Shown: positions 17,001-26,230, counted from the stretch's first letter. The stretch is DNA of 35,201 nt from a virus (IMGVR_UViG_3300044657_000112:1-35201), one strand, 5' to 3'. Numbers and translations: made by a program. Notes: generated from the letters alone by a model not told the origin.

Positions 17001-17968
17001 CCATAATCATAGGCGTCATCATTGCCTAGTTGAGATGGTATATACTCACCATACTGAGTGTTTGGCTCTCCATACAAACTTGTATATGACTTGCTCATAG
17101 ACTCTCTTGTTGGCAGATTCTGATTAGACTTTGTAGGTCTAATTTCAGGATCAAGCTGAACAGTGTCAGGCAAATCATCAGTAACAGGCTTTAATTCTAC
17201 TGGTGATTTAATAGGCGCATCATCAACAACAAAGTCTTGCTCAAACTCCATCTGTGGTGTTTCAAAATCAACTTCCTCACCGACAGTGGTGGGGGCTTCT
17301 TGCGGCTCTCTAGACGCAGCAATCTGACCTTGAACTCGTGAAACAAGTTCCTCATTAGTCAATTGACGTGATGGTGCATCAGCTGGTGCAGTCACAGCTA
17401 ATGTTTCATCAAGTCTTTTTTTTTGCGTTTCTGCATCTATATTGTTCAGATAGTAATCTGCTTCACTATTACGCCTTGTCGGAAACTCATCTCCAAAATT
17501 TCGTAAATTTTTTACAGCACTTTGCCAATCATCATTAGTAACTTCACGCCAAAAGTTAGGGGTTTTTGTTTCAAGGTCTCCATGTTGAAAACGAACAGAG
17601 GCAATAACCGTGGCTTTGTTCATTGGCAAATCATCAAATGACTCACCAGTAGCACCTTTCCATTTTGTGCGAAGATCGTTAAGAACTTCACCATGAGAAA
17701 ACTCATCAATAATCTTAGCTTGAGAATCTGATACATTTAAATCAGATGCAATCTCTGCTGCATTAGCACCCTTAATACCGAGATAAGGCGTTAGAATATC
17801 TATAATATCTTGAGGCAATCCAGCAAGATCAGAAAGGTTGCGCTGACCAAGATCAAAGCCAGTAGCAATAGTAACACCAGACTTCATGTTCTTAGTTTTA
17901 GGAACATACCCACTAAGAATACGTTTGCCTTCTTTTACGCCTATAAAGTCCCAATCAATATTGCTCAT
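14027..17968 (-). CDS. Large internal virion (ejection) protein with N-terminal pesticin-like muramidase
   Basis: IDWDFI...EG....GYVP....SGVTIATGFDLGQ ... RR..EA; size and position of T7 gp16. Confidence 0.85.
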   Translation of the reverse strand: MSNIDWDFIGVKEGKRILSGYVPKTKNMKSGVTIATGFDLGQRNLSDLAGLPQDIIDILTPYLGIKGANAAEIASDLNVSDSQAKIIDEFSHGEVLNDLRTKWKGATGESFDDLPMNKATVIASVRFQHGDLETKTPNFWREVTNDDWQSAVKNLRNFGDEFPTRRNSEADYYLNNIDAETQKKRLDETLAVTAPADAPSRQLTNEELVSRVQGQIAASREPQEAPTTVGEEVDFETPQMEFEQDFVVDDAPIKSPVELKPVTDDLPDTVQLDPEIRPTKSNQNLPTRESMSKSYTSLYGEPNTQYGEYIPSQLGNDDAYDYGVFDSSFTSVWGAAFRQHNFLPSLQRLVKSTDSQYQPEEGYDPFQDKNLIRELGGKDGLWRFMHSQGHAESMMKLENFKEDAEDMALLAATASGPAQVVATLATPTTFAPLAPIKVLNSASKTRRFVGGTAFTAAILAPEEMLIASQNEYRDASHSALALTALSLVGGTLTAKFGNRLSPTSGFTPTGSGGGTYKAAGANVSPERYRETLYATMEQDALKETGIGVEKLPWNPVLRMLKSDNAFVRNLAVGMVDVGGMMQKKVDLGEKMDQSVETTFRTKYLSPLLNTVRESDTAYLRYRGVTPADTDISRSMQMIKMSAGDLLNRSGGHLTETQFRIRVAKAMRRGDVDDVGDAASEYVTQAAQSYRKNFNFIKQEAERVRLFEAQILREIQRVGEQSPEGIRLQRSLERIRAEGVTPNTADGYVPRVYRIDMIMKHQDEFLSIVKRHAITRMGMDQGSADTFAQNVLDTVTRNRPFYDADEVVDSLDWAKNPSGVHARSLEIPDIEIEKFLESDIEVLMRHHTKTMGMDIELTAKYGSPDMKSVIDNIVSDYERLMREAPNAERRAALKKGMERDIEDIRGLRDRLRGTYGASKDPHAVSSRFIRVMKSFNVLAGMGSAMISSVPDVARTVMVEGFKNTYEGGFRQLFKEQAGYVKRMRRRELNQAAVAADAVLGLRAHAMSDIGDMFGSRYGFERGLNQATGMFFLMNGLNYWNQALKEFAGTVTMFRMNNALMTTWEALSRADKEKLLKNGIDRGDHYRIRQQIQRHGRRVEREWFANTDSWTDAEMRILYRNALNQNVERMIITPGAGDRALWTSTEMGSFITQFKSYGQGAMVRMLTSGLQERDGAFWQGAFLLVGLAAAVNEFKKAQYGIDKEESFDEKLINAVDRSGILGWAMDVNNAVEKVSDYKLGMRPFLTDQPQYGLPDSAKAGAVLGPGISNAMNLSSIMGDVVTFNADQQTLDNARFVTPTGNLFYLDPIYDGVFGE
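17416..17424 (-). other. A9 candidate slippage/frameshift site
   Basis: CAA AAA AAA AGA at codons 182-185; stop codons follow quickly in both shifted frames. Confidence 0.5.
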
Positions 17969-17970
17969 TA

Positions 17971-20900
17971 CTAAAACCTTAGTTCTTTAAGTGCTAAGAA
18001 GAAATCATCTACCTCTTCTTTCGTAAGTGTGCTTGGGTCAATAGGATCTCCACCAAAGCCAGATACAAACTCATTGTAGCCGTTAATCAAAGGCAACAAG
18101 GACGTGTCTGTTCTTGTGTTCTCAATATTCTCAAAAGTATTTTGAACAAATGCAGGATCAAACAAACCAACTGTGTTAAACACATCTTTAGCACGTTTAG
18201 TTCTAAGCTTTTGAATAACCTTTGGAAATGTGTCCTTGTAAGCCAAAGAGCTTTTAAAGTCATAAGAATAGTTATTGCTTAAAGGAACTAACTTACCAGT
18301 GCCTGATCTAAGGGCTACTGTGTATGTCTGTGTCCCACCATAAGACTCATTAGGGAAGAAATGTAATGTATGCGTTCCCTTAAGGTCAGCACCAAACAAA
18401 CCTTGCACTGGAGCCTTTGGTCCTACATCAACAATATCATTAAGGCCATCAATAATAGATGGATTTACCATACCGCCTACAGCTTTAAACCTATCAATAA
18501 AGTCATTACGAACATCATTCATAGTAAGAGTAACGCCAGCATAGTTAGGCACAGTCGCTTGAGCTTGCCTTAATATAGGGCTTGTAACTAATTCAGGCTT
18601 TCCAGAAACAGGATTAACCTCAAGCCCAACACGTTTTCCAAGTTCCTTAATCGTAAGGTGCATGGCAACTTTAGGATCGTGAGCACCTTTAAATGGCAGT
18701 ATTTTAGAGTACCAAGATTTCTTTATAAAATCTTTTATATATGGGTCTGCTAATACAGTACCAACTGTATTGCTTAATCCAGCGTTAGAAGCCATCTCAC
18801 GATACATATCGGCGTATTCTTCATCAATAACAGGAGTCATTAAAGACCAGAAGTTTACCTCATCTATAGAATCTCTAAAGGTTTCTACAAAGAATGAATC
18901 TTCATCGGCTGTAATACCGTTAGTGTTTAAATAATCACTTACACTTCTATTCATGTTTTGCGTTTCAAAATTAGAAAACATGTTAACAGTGTTTTCAACG
19001 CCAAGCTTAGATGCCATTCTTAAAAACACAACGCTTTCAGTATCTAAATTACTGTAGAACTGGGCTTCAATGTTTTCAAATGGCTGACCCTTGTAAGCAT
19101 TACGCAATGCACTCATAACCTGACCCATAGTGCGAACAGCAACATCAGCGTTTTCTGGTCTAAACATAATTGTGTCTACAATAGACTTAAACTCAGAATG
19201 AGCAGAACCTTTTGTAGTTACTGCAAATGCAGCCACAGCGTTCATGCTGGCAGCTTGAACAGCCTGATCTTGACTCATAAGATTTATATCAGCAAGAACA
19301 TCAGCCCCACTTTGATCCTTAACTCTGACTTTGCTAAAGTTAAATACTTCGTTATGTGCTGACTCTTCTTTTGATGAAAGCTTTTGTCCTGTCTTTAGCT
19401 TTGACTCTGCTTTAACAGCAAGATTGTACTTATCTCGCCTTTCATTATAATTTTTTTGATAGGCTTCCACATTATTGATGTATTCTTTCCTTGAAGGAAA
19501 ATACTTACCCTTACCAATTACCCCAGTTTTTTCAAGTCCTTGCATTACTTCTTCTGATAAGTAATATGCTGGCTCCATTAAGTATGTACTCATTGGGCCT
19601 AACTCAACTTGAAGCTGAGAACCTATTTTCTTAGCTTCACCTTGATTAAAATAACCAGCAGATTCTAAAAATGCTTTTTGAGCGTCAATCCTTTTAGAAG
19701 TACCGATATCACCTCTAGCTACCATATCGTTAATAGAAGAAAGGCTTGCTCTAACCTGATCTGGTGTGTGCAGTTCTGGTGCTTTAATAACAGCTAAATT
19801 AGCTTCATATATAGTGTTGTTAGCAGATGCTATAGCACTTGCTTTTTGCTGCTTATAACCCTCAGAAACTTGCAGCAAAGCATTTTGCTTGGCTTTATCA
19901 AGATTGTGTATTGGGTGATTAGGATCAAGAATCATACTTGAAACATCAGCACCATTAACAATCACATCAAATGTAAGCCCATCATACAAAGCTGACTGCA
20001 TTTCCGTTGCTTCTTTTTTGGCAAACGCTGCTGCTCTTTCAAGAGACATCAATGTCTCGGTACCAATTTTTCCTACAGCTTCTGAATCAACATTTGGATT
20101 TTCCTGTGACTCATTAACAATTGTAAGCAAAGTTTGATATGCAGCTTCAGCTCCCTCAGATGCGTACACCTTTTTAATGAGAGTCTGACCAACACGACCA
20201 GCAACGACTGTTCTGTCTATGTCTCTAAGCTTTGTTAATCCTAAATCTGTAACTTCATTAAGACTTAGGCTTTCAAAGATCTGGTCTTGCTCATTCTGAA
20301 TCTCATTGATTCTATTAAAAACAGCATCCTGCATTTCAGGATCTGCATTTTGCAAAGACGCAATAAGCTTGCCCTTTTCTTCTGAAAGGAACTTATAAGC
20401 AGTTTCATTTTGGTATATAGAGTTTTCTTTTATATTCTTTTGCTGCAAAGCTAACGCTCTGTTTTCAGCAATACCAAATGTTTGAACAGCTTTTGGTGTT
20501 AACGCAGATCTAATCTGTGGATCTAGTTCAGATAGGCCATCAAGATAGCCTTCTAAAGCACCCCTAATGCCGTTGGGATCATTAGGGTTTTGATCTAAAG
20601 CATTTTGTGCTGCCAAGCTAATGTCATTAGACGCAGCAGAAACATATGTTCTTGTTGCTGATTTTCTGTAAGCGTCAAGAATAGCTTTTTGGTCACTTGA
20701 ATTGTATGTTTGGGTTGCTTTGCCGTAATCAAAGTTAACAAGAGGCTGCAAGGTCATCTGACCGTTTTTGTCTTTTTTGTATACTGCGCCAGAAGTTTCT
20801 CCATCAATCTCAGCTTGACGAAGCAAATCATTATATTCACGTTTACGAATATCAGTACCAATGCTGCTAGCTATGTTTCCAACTTGCTCTAATTGACGAG

Positions 20901-20982
20901 CAGATTCAAAGAAACCACTAAGATCTGGCATACCAGTTGGCTGCACAGTTACACTTCTACCGCCTGTCTTTTTATATGCCAT
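17971..20982 (-). CDS. Internal virion protein (T7 gp15 position)
   Basis: 1003 aa, helical composition, synteny. Confidence 0.75.
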   Translation of the reverse strand: MAYKKTGGRSVTVQPTGMPDLSGFFESARQLEQVGNIASSIGTDIRKREYNDLLRQAEIDGETSGAVYKKDKNGQMTLQPLVNFDYGKATQTYNSSDQKAILDAYRKSATRTYVSAASNDISLAAQNALDQNPNDPNGIRGALEGYLDGLSELDPQIRSALTPKAVQTFGIAENRALALQQKNIKENSIYQNETAYKFLSEEKGKLIASLQNADPEMQDAVFNRINEIQNEQDQIFESLSLNEVTDLGLTKLRDIDRTVVAGRVGQTLIKKVYASEGAEAAYQTLLTIVNESQENPNVDSEAVGKIGTETLMSLERAAAFAKKEATEMQSALYDGLTFDVIVNGADVSSMILDPNHPIHNLDKAKQNALLQVSEGYKQQKASAIASANNTIYEANLAVIKAPELHTPDQVRASLSSINDMVARGDIGTSKRIDAQKAFLESAGYFNQGEAKKIGSQLQVELGPMSTYLMEPAYYLSEEVMQGLEKTGVIGKGKYFPSRKEYINNVEAYQKNYNERRDKYNLAVKAESKLKTGQKLSSKEESAHNEVFNFSKVRVKDQSGADVLADINLMSQDQAVQAASMNAVAAFAVTTKGSAHSEFKSIVDTIMFRPENADVAVRTMGQVMSALRNAYKGQPFENIEAQFYSNLDTESVVFLRMASKLGVENTVNMFSNFETQNMNRSVSDYLNTNGITADEDSFFVETFRDSIDEVNFWSLMTPVIDEEYADMYREMASNAGLSNTVGTVLADPYIKDFIKKSWYSKILPFKGAHDPKVAMHLTIKELGKRVGLEVNPVSGKPELVTSPILRQAQATVPNYAGVTLTMNDVRNDFIDRFKAVGGMVNPSIIDGLNDIVDVGPKAPVQGLFGADLKGTHTLHFFPNESYGGTQTYTVALRSGTGKLVPLSNNYSYDFKSSLAYKDTFPKVIQKLRTKRAKDVFNTVGLFDPAFVQNTFENIENTRTDTSLLPLINGYNEFVSGFGGDPIDPSTLTKEEVDDFFLALKELRF

Positions 20983-21413
20983 TATGCTGTACCCACTGGT
21001 TTATAAAATGTATCGTAAACACCGCCAGCAGCTTTTGCAAAACCACCCATTGTGGCGGCTGATGCACCAGCTTTAGAACCAGCAGCACTAAGCTCAAACT
21101 TGCGTCTAGTAGACATGCCCATGAGCCTGATGCTTGCAATATCATTTTTTGCTACTTGGATTTCATCTGTCTCCAAAGCCAATACAGATGGAGATGTGCC
21201 AAGTGCTACACCCTGAGATGACATTGCAGTACCAAGTGCAGCAAGTTGAATACGCAGCTTTCTATTACGCTCAATCTCTTGCTGACCAGCTTGTATCTTG
21301 GCTAAATCAGCTTGTTCTTTATATGACTGTGCTTCTAGCTCATAAGCTTTTCTTTGCTGTTGAGCAGCAGCCAGGCCAGCAATAATGCCGACAACTTGTA
21401 ATCCCATACCCAT
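20982..21413 (-). CDS. Internal virion protein (T7 gp14 position)
   Basis: Ala/Gly/Gln-rich, SQGV..GTS motif, follows the nozzle gene. Confidence 0.8.
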   Translation of the reverse strand: MGMGLQVVGIIAGLAAAQQQRKAYELEAQSYKEQADLAKIQAGQQEIERNRKLRIQLAALGTAMSSQGVALGTSPSVLALETDEIQVAKNDIASIRLMGMSTRRKFELSAAGSKAGASAATMGGFAKAAGGVYDTFYKPVGTA

Positions 21414-23344
21414 TATACTTCTACCTCAAGCATTATGCCATTAAGACCAATAGGCAATGGCTCGTCTTGTGTAACCGTCACAGTACCATCATTCGACCAC
21501 CCAAGGAAGTATATCTCTTTACGAGCCGTAATAGCATCCGGTGGATTTGCAAAGTTACTTGTAACACGTCTGATAATAACTTTCGTACCTTTTGCTTTTA
21601 CATCAAGAGTTTCATTCAGATCAAGAACAGCTCTTACAATACGCCGTTTCTGACCAAAAGATATACCATCCTGCAACTGAAACTCAGGAGGCAAAGTTGT
21701 TAATGTCGGTGTGTAGTTGATGCCAATCTCAACTTCATCAACAGCAGCATTAAGGGTTATATTGCCTGTTCCATCAGTTGTGTATGACCCAAGGCTGTAA
21801 TTACCTGACTTTACATGAACAAGAGTATTGGGCAAATGCGCTATCTGCCAGTTTGTCTTGGCTGTCACATCAGTATCTTTAAATGCGCTGTCTAAATGGT
21901 AGCCATTGTCTAGAAGCTCTAATGTTGTAAGAGTGGATCCATCAATTTCTCTTTCAGATATTACATAAACTCTTCTGTTAACATTAACAATGTTCTTGAA
22001 AGAACCCTGTGTTTCATACAAAGACCAGCCTTGCAGCTTTTCCTTACGAATACTTGTAAAGATAGCAATATTGCCATCAGTATTTACTGAATAAAGATAG
22101 CTCTCTACCTGATCTGATGCTTCACGTTGAGCGCATATATCAATAGGGGTGCCAATAAGATGCTGAGACAATATGGTAATTGAATCAGAATTATATGCTT
22201 GGCTTATGTCAGAGAAGATAAACTCTCTGATTGCACCCTTTGTCTTCGTCAAAAATACAATAGCACCGTCAAATTCAACAGGATTAACCTCACCGCTGCC
22301 AAACGATGTCTGCTTCTTTACAGATATTGTAGATGGCGTTAGTGGGCGACTCTCAACAGTAGGACAGTACAATTCTTGCTCTGACGTAAACACAGCCAAA
22401 TGCCGGAATGATTCCATAGACTTGATTTCAGAAACTTGGTTCTCAGCAATCTGAATCTGAATAGACTCATCATCAAAACCTGAACCAACATCAAAGTTAA
22501 AATACTCACCAACTTTTGAAAAGAACATATGGTTTGGTAAGTCTCTTGACCCACCAAAGATAAGCCTTTGATCATGGAATGTTACTGATCGAGCATAACC
22601 ATGACGTGTAGAAAACACTTGTTCTTTCCAAGTATCTCTTGCATTTGTGTTAGCTACAGATTCGCTAAATGCACCTGTTACAACAGTTCCAGACACATAA
22701 GCTGTTATTTCAATATAAACAACCTTATCAGCAGAGTCGATGAACTCTATATGCTCCCCAACCCAAGAACTGCTAAATATGGAAGAAGAAGCAGTAAAGT
22801 TCTGAGAGCCTGTATTGCTGTTTTGCGGTGTAATTGTAACCGCTGGATCAACAAATCTATAAAATGGTTCGTAATGTGCAAGGCCGTCATGGTCAAAATC
22901 ATAATCTGCTAATGTAAATGTTGATGCTGATGTTCTTGTAAGCTTCTGCATAGCAAAGTCAGGATGAACAATAATCATTGTATCACCAGACTGCGCTACT
23001 TTAATTTCACCAATCTGAGATGTAGCCCAAGGACAGGATGTTAGTGTCTGCGTTATCGAGGAGAGGCCAAGAGTATCAACAATATCCAACTGCCCATTAC
23101 TAAATAGAAGGATGTATGATTCATCCTCATCATAAATATATGACTCCATTTGATAAGTAATGTTGGAAAGCGTTTGAAGATATCTACAGCCTGGTCTACG
23201 AGTGATACCACCTTGCGCCCGCAAACGGAAATTACGGAGCGTTTTAGCACCGTTTTTATAGGCATCCGAGTCCAGTCTGGACGACAACAGAGGTGTCAAT
23301 TCCCCTGATGTAAAGTTTGTGTAGAACTGCCGTAGAAGTGCCAT
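21413..23344 (-). CDS. Tail tubular protein B (nozzle)
   Basis: NFTSGELTP, GGITRRPG, FHDQRLIFGG, SKVGEYFNF. Confidence 0.9.
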   Translation of the reverse strand: MALLRQFYTNFTSGELTPLLSSRLDSDAYKNGAKTLRNFRLRAQGGITRRPGCRYLQTLSNITYQMESYIYDEDESYILLFSNGQLDIVDTLGLSSITQTLTSCPWATSQIGEIKVAQSGDTMIIVHPDFAMQKLTRTSASTFTLADYDFDHDGLAHYEPFYRFVDPAVTITPQNSNTGSQNFTASSSIFSSSWVGEHIEFIDSADKVVYIEITAYVSGTVVTGAFSESVANTNARDTWKEQVFSTRHGYARSVTFHDQRLIFGGSRDLPNHMFFSKVGEYFNFDVGSGFDDESIQIQIAENQVSEIKSMESFRHLAVFTSEQELYCPTVESRPLTPSTISVKKQTSFGSGEVNPVEFDGAIVFLTKTKGAIREFIFSDISQAYNSDSITILSQHLIGTPIDICAQREASDQVESYLYSVNTDGNIAIFTSIRKEKLQGWSLYETQGSFKNIVNVNRRVYVISEREIDGSTLTTLELLDNGYHLDSAFKDTDVTAKTNWQIAHLPNTLVHVKSGNYSLGSYTTDGTGNITLNAAVDEVEIGINYTPTLTTLPPEFQLQDGISFGQKRRIVRAVLDLNETLDVKAKGTKVIIRRVTSNFANPPDAITARKEIYFLGWSNDGTVTVTQDEPLPIGLNGIMLEVEV

Positions 23345-23347
23345 TCA

Positions 23348-23968
23348 TTATAGACCTTCAATGTTTTGATAAATACCATTTCCAAGACGCACACGATGAA
23401 AGCGACTAGGACGTAATCCTTGAGTTGTTACCTGTTGGCTATCACGAGACTTTGCTCTACGAAACTGAGCTTCAGCAAGATCAACATATGATTTGGCTAC
23501 ATCAGATTTACGAGTAACTGAAAGAGCAAATACAGAAGCCAATCTAAAGATTACCCACATTGTAAATGCAGGAGGCCAATACTGAGTCTCTGGACGATAG
23601 ATATAGTTTAAAACAACATCCTCGCTTACTTCAGCATTAATATAGATATAACGCTCATAGATGTCGTACTGCTGGGGTTGATCGTCAATGGTAACAGTTT
23701 GTACCTGAACAACCGCAGGGCTTGTAGGAAGCGCATATGCAGCGTCCCAGCGATCTACCGGAACGGCTGTAAGCCTACTAAGTGTCTTCTGACCAGTAGC
23801 AAAGTTCCAGTTATGCTGCGCCAAGCAATCTTCTACTACATCTTCAAAAATAGTATTTGCAACCAACGCTTCGTCAGTTTGATCTGTAAACGAAGCCAAT
23901 GGCTCCAGACCAACCAGAACCATTGCTTTCTGCGCTACTTCAATATCAGTAGATGGGGTTGTTGGCAT
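23348..23968 (-). CDS. Tail tubular protein A (adaptor)
   Basis: HNWNFA, AYALP, F...V..RLA; synteny. Confidence 0.9.
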   Translation of the reverse strand: MPTTPSTDIEVAQKAMVLVGLEPLASFTDQTDEALVANTIFEDVVEDCLAQHNWNFATGQKTLSRLTAVPVDRWDAAYALPTSPAVVQVQTVTIDDQPQQYDIYERYIYINAEVSEDVVLNYIYRPETQYWPPAFTMWVIFRLASVFALSVTRKSDVAKSYVDLAEAQFRRAKSRDSQQVTTQGLRPSRFHRVRLGNGIYQNIEGL

Positions 23969-24081
23969 TACTTACCGTAACCTTTTCCCATTGTCTTGGT
24001 TGATTTCTTTGGATTAAGACACTTGCCAGCAGCCCGACATTTGCCGGGGGTTGGGCAAGTTGAACAAGTTTTAAATGCCAT
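23968..24081 (-). CDS. 37-aa basic four-Cys peptide (not in ORF track)
   Basis: MAFKTCSTCPTPGKCRAAGKCLNPKKSTKTMGKGYGK; TAATG overlaps at both ends. Confidence 0.8.
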   Translation of the reverse strand: MAFKTCSTCPTPGKCRAAGKCLNPKKSTKTMGKGYGK

Positions 24082-24209
24082 TATTTTACGCCCTTACCTA
24101 ATTTAGCATTGGGGCCAATCTTACGAACATAGCCCTTACGAATCTCCTCTTTAGGAGGAATAGAAGGGGCAGCTTTCGCCGCCGCCTTCATTGTTGGTTT
24201 CTTAGCCAT
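24081..24209 (-). CDS. 42-aa basic peptide (not in ORF track)
   Basis: MAKKPTMKAAAKAAPSIPPKEEIRKGYVRKIGPNAKLGKGVK; TAATG overlaps at both ends. Confidence 0.75.
   Translation of the reverse strand: MAKKPTMKAAAKAAPSIPPKEEIRKGYVRKIGPNAKLGKGVK
24164..24188 (-). terminator. Hairpin/weak terminator after the capsid-cement genes
   Basis: AAGGCGGCGGC-GAAA-GCTGCCCCTT, then CTATT; about 20 nt after the cement stop. Confidence 0.55.
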
Positions 24210-24469
24210 TAACGACTATCTGTTGTCATGCTAACGATGTCGCCGGTATCGACTACACCGCCAGAGTTAGACACAACAGTTGCAATGCCGAAGCCATCTG
24301 AAGCATTGATGAAGATCACATCGCCTACGTTCATCTCGCTTGATACGCCGTTAAAGTAAGCAGCTGTATCAATTGTGTTTAGAGCGTCTGCGGTTGACTT
24401 GTAATGCCAAATATGGAAGCCATTGCCTGAGTAGTTGACCAAAGAAAGGTCTGCTTTAACTAATGCCAT
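24209..24469 (-). CDS. Capsid cement/decoration protein (putative)
   Basis: Small beta-rich ORF right after MCP; YF...MNVGDVI; GGAGG RBS. Confidence 0.7.
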   Translation of the reverse strand: MALVKADLSLVNYSGNGFHIWHYKSTADALNTIDTAAYFNGVSSEMNVGDVIFINASDGFGIATVVSNSGGVVDTGDIVSMTTDSR

Positions 24470-24481
24470 TGTAAACCTCCC

Positions 24482-25300
24482 TTATTTCTTCAGTGAAAGT
24501 TCGTAACAAGCGTTCGCATCAATCAGTGTTGCGTTCATTTGCATCTTGTTCAATACAAAATACGCATCTTTATCGTTGTGATACTGCATGTTAGATGAAA
24601 CGTCTGCACCGATTGCATGACCAACTGCTGACTGATGCCAAGCAAAGCACTTGCGGTTTGAGCCATCATCGTCCAATCCTGAGAATGGGAACCATGTAAA
24701 GCCAAGCCACTGTTTTGCTGTTACTGAGTTGGCAAAAGGCAAGTTTTCCTGACCGATGTACTCTGCACGAGAGAACTCATCAATGTCCATCAACTGTGAC
24801 CAGTTTTCCCAACCAATAACGCAATAACGCTGACCATCATCAGGAACATCGTTGTTGCCAAAAGCTTCCATCAAGCTGAAAGCCCAAGTCAGTGTGATGC
24901 CGTTAGTAGTCTCGTTAAGTGCATTTGTAGTTGCATCCATTGCGTCGAGGATCAGTTCGTCAGTCTTGCGACCAAGTGCATAAGCACCTGACTGCTGTGC
25001 AACGAGCATCTCATCGTGGTTGATACGCAATTGATCCAGATCGTCAATCCACTCACCAGCGAAGTAATCTTCAAGGGTGACTGAGACGTTGGTGTGATCA
25101 AGGTTCATCGGGGCAACATTGCCGTGACGAGCCTTGGTAGTAGCAAAACCTTTACCGATTTTCTGGAAAGTGGTCTTATTCTTTACGCCGTTGGCTGTAC
25201 GAATAGTACCACGAAGTTTTGAACCCATACGCTGATACGCCATGTGGACGCCGGATTCAAACTCCTCGATAAAGGAAGTGTCAATAGATGGGGTTGCCAT
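24482..25300 (-). CDS. Major capsid protein (BPP-1-like)
   Basis: FIEEFESGVH..YQ..GSKLR, DDLDQLRIN.D, YALGRKTDELI, WLGFTW. Confidence 0.92.
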   Translation of the reverse strand: MATPSIDTSFIEEFESGVHMAYQRMGSKLRGTIRTANGVKNKTTFQKIGKGFATTKARHGNVAPMNLDHTNVSVTLEDYFAGEWIDDLDQLRINHDEMLVAQQSGAYALGRKTDELILDAMDATTNALNETTNGITLTWAFSLMEAFGNNDVPDDGQRYCVIGWENWSQLMDIDEFSRAEYIGQENLPFANSVTAKQWLGFTWFPFSGLDDDGSNRKCFAWHQSAVGHAIGADVSSNMQYHNDKDAYFVLNKMQMNATLIDANACYELSLKK

Positions 25301-25474
25301 ACTATTAGCTCCTTATCCTAAAGTTAAAGTTACATTGTCCATCCGGTTATTCCTTCATATTGGCTTTGTTCGGTTGTCCAGTTAGGGGAGCTACCCCATT
25401 TAGGGCCGAGACCAACACTACGGGCCTTCAGTACGGTAAAACTGACAGAAAGTGATGTGTTTGTTAATTCACAT
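25301..25474 (-). promoter_or_regulatory. Capsid promoter motif and structured 5' leader
   Basis: ATGTGAATTAAC, then nested GGCCC/GGCCC ... GGACAACC/GAATAACC; TAAGGAG RBS. Confidence 0.55.
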
Positions 25475-26230
25475 TTATTTCTGCCGAGAATATTGGTTAA
25501 ATCCAGCCCGAACCTTTGCAATAAAGGCTGGGTCTTTTTCCTTCCAATAACGCTCGTCTTGCTGCATTGAACGTAAATCATCAATGCTAAGACGCTCTTG
25601 AAACTCCGATGGCGAGACCATGTTAAACTGTGGCTGACCATTGAGTTCCATGAGTTCTTCAAATAATTGAACCGTGTTAGCTGACGCTGGCATATTAGCA
25701 AAAGCAGAATATGCTTCTTCGCTAAGTGACTTGCTTGCCCATGAATCTACACGCTCTAAACGCTGCTCTGCATATTCACCCAGAGCCTGTGACTCTACAT
25801 TCCAATCAGGGCCACGCTGAGTATCCATAGCGGCATATTCGTTAATTACTTCGTTAAATTCTTGCTGAGATAGACCGTAGTTGTGTGCTTTGCTACGAAA
25901 CCAATCCAACATAGGATCATCATTAGCAATCGTGTATTCCAGACCTTCTGGCGGTGCAAATTCAATTTCATAATCGCCTGGGCTAATTGGTGCTGCGCTT
26001 ACAGCTTCATCGTTAAGCTCTGAAACAATCTGCTCTCTTAGCTCATCCTTGCGCTGATAAAACTTACGCTCAAGCTCTTTATAGCTATTCGCAAGTTCTT
26101 CTGGTCTTTCAAACTTCTCAGGAAGCCAATCAAATCTTTCTGATGCTCCTTGAGGTTGCTCCTGCATTTCCGATGCCTGAACCTCGACTGATGCTTCGGT
26201 CTCAACGCTTTCTGTTGCTGCTTCGTTCAT
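25475..26230 (-). CDS. Capsid scaffolding protein
   Basis: Acidic; WLPEKF...ELANSYKELERK; C-terminal DERYW...DP; precedes MCP. Confidence 0.85.
   Translation of the reverse strand: MNEAATESVETEASVEVQASEMQEQPQGASERFDWLPEKFERPEELANSYKELERKFYQRKDELREQIVSELNDEAVSAAPISPGDYEIEFAPPEGLEYTIANDDPMLDWFRSKAHNYGLSQQEFNEVINEYAAMDTQRGPDWNVESQALGEYAEQRLERVDSWASKSLSEEAYSAFANMPASANTVQLFEELMELNGQPQFNMVSPSEFQERLSIDDLRSMQQDERYWKEKDPAFIAKVRAGFNQYSRQK

Noticed and set aside
25330-25701. 123-aa minus-strand ORF over the scaffold end and capsid leader
   Set aside because: Out-of-frame overlap with the scaffold gene, no RBS; the region is explained as promoter and leader
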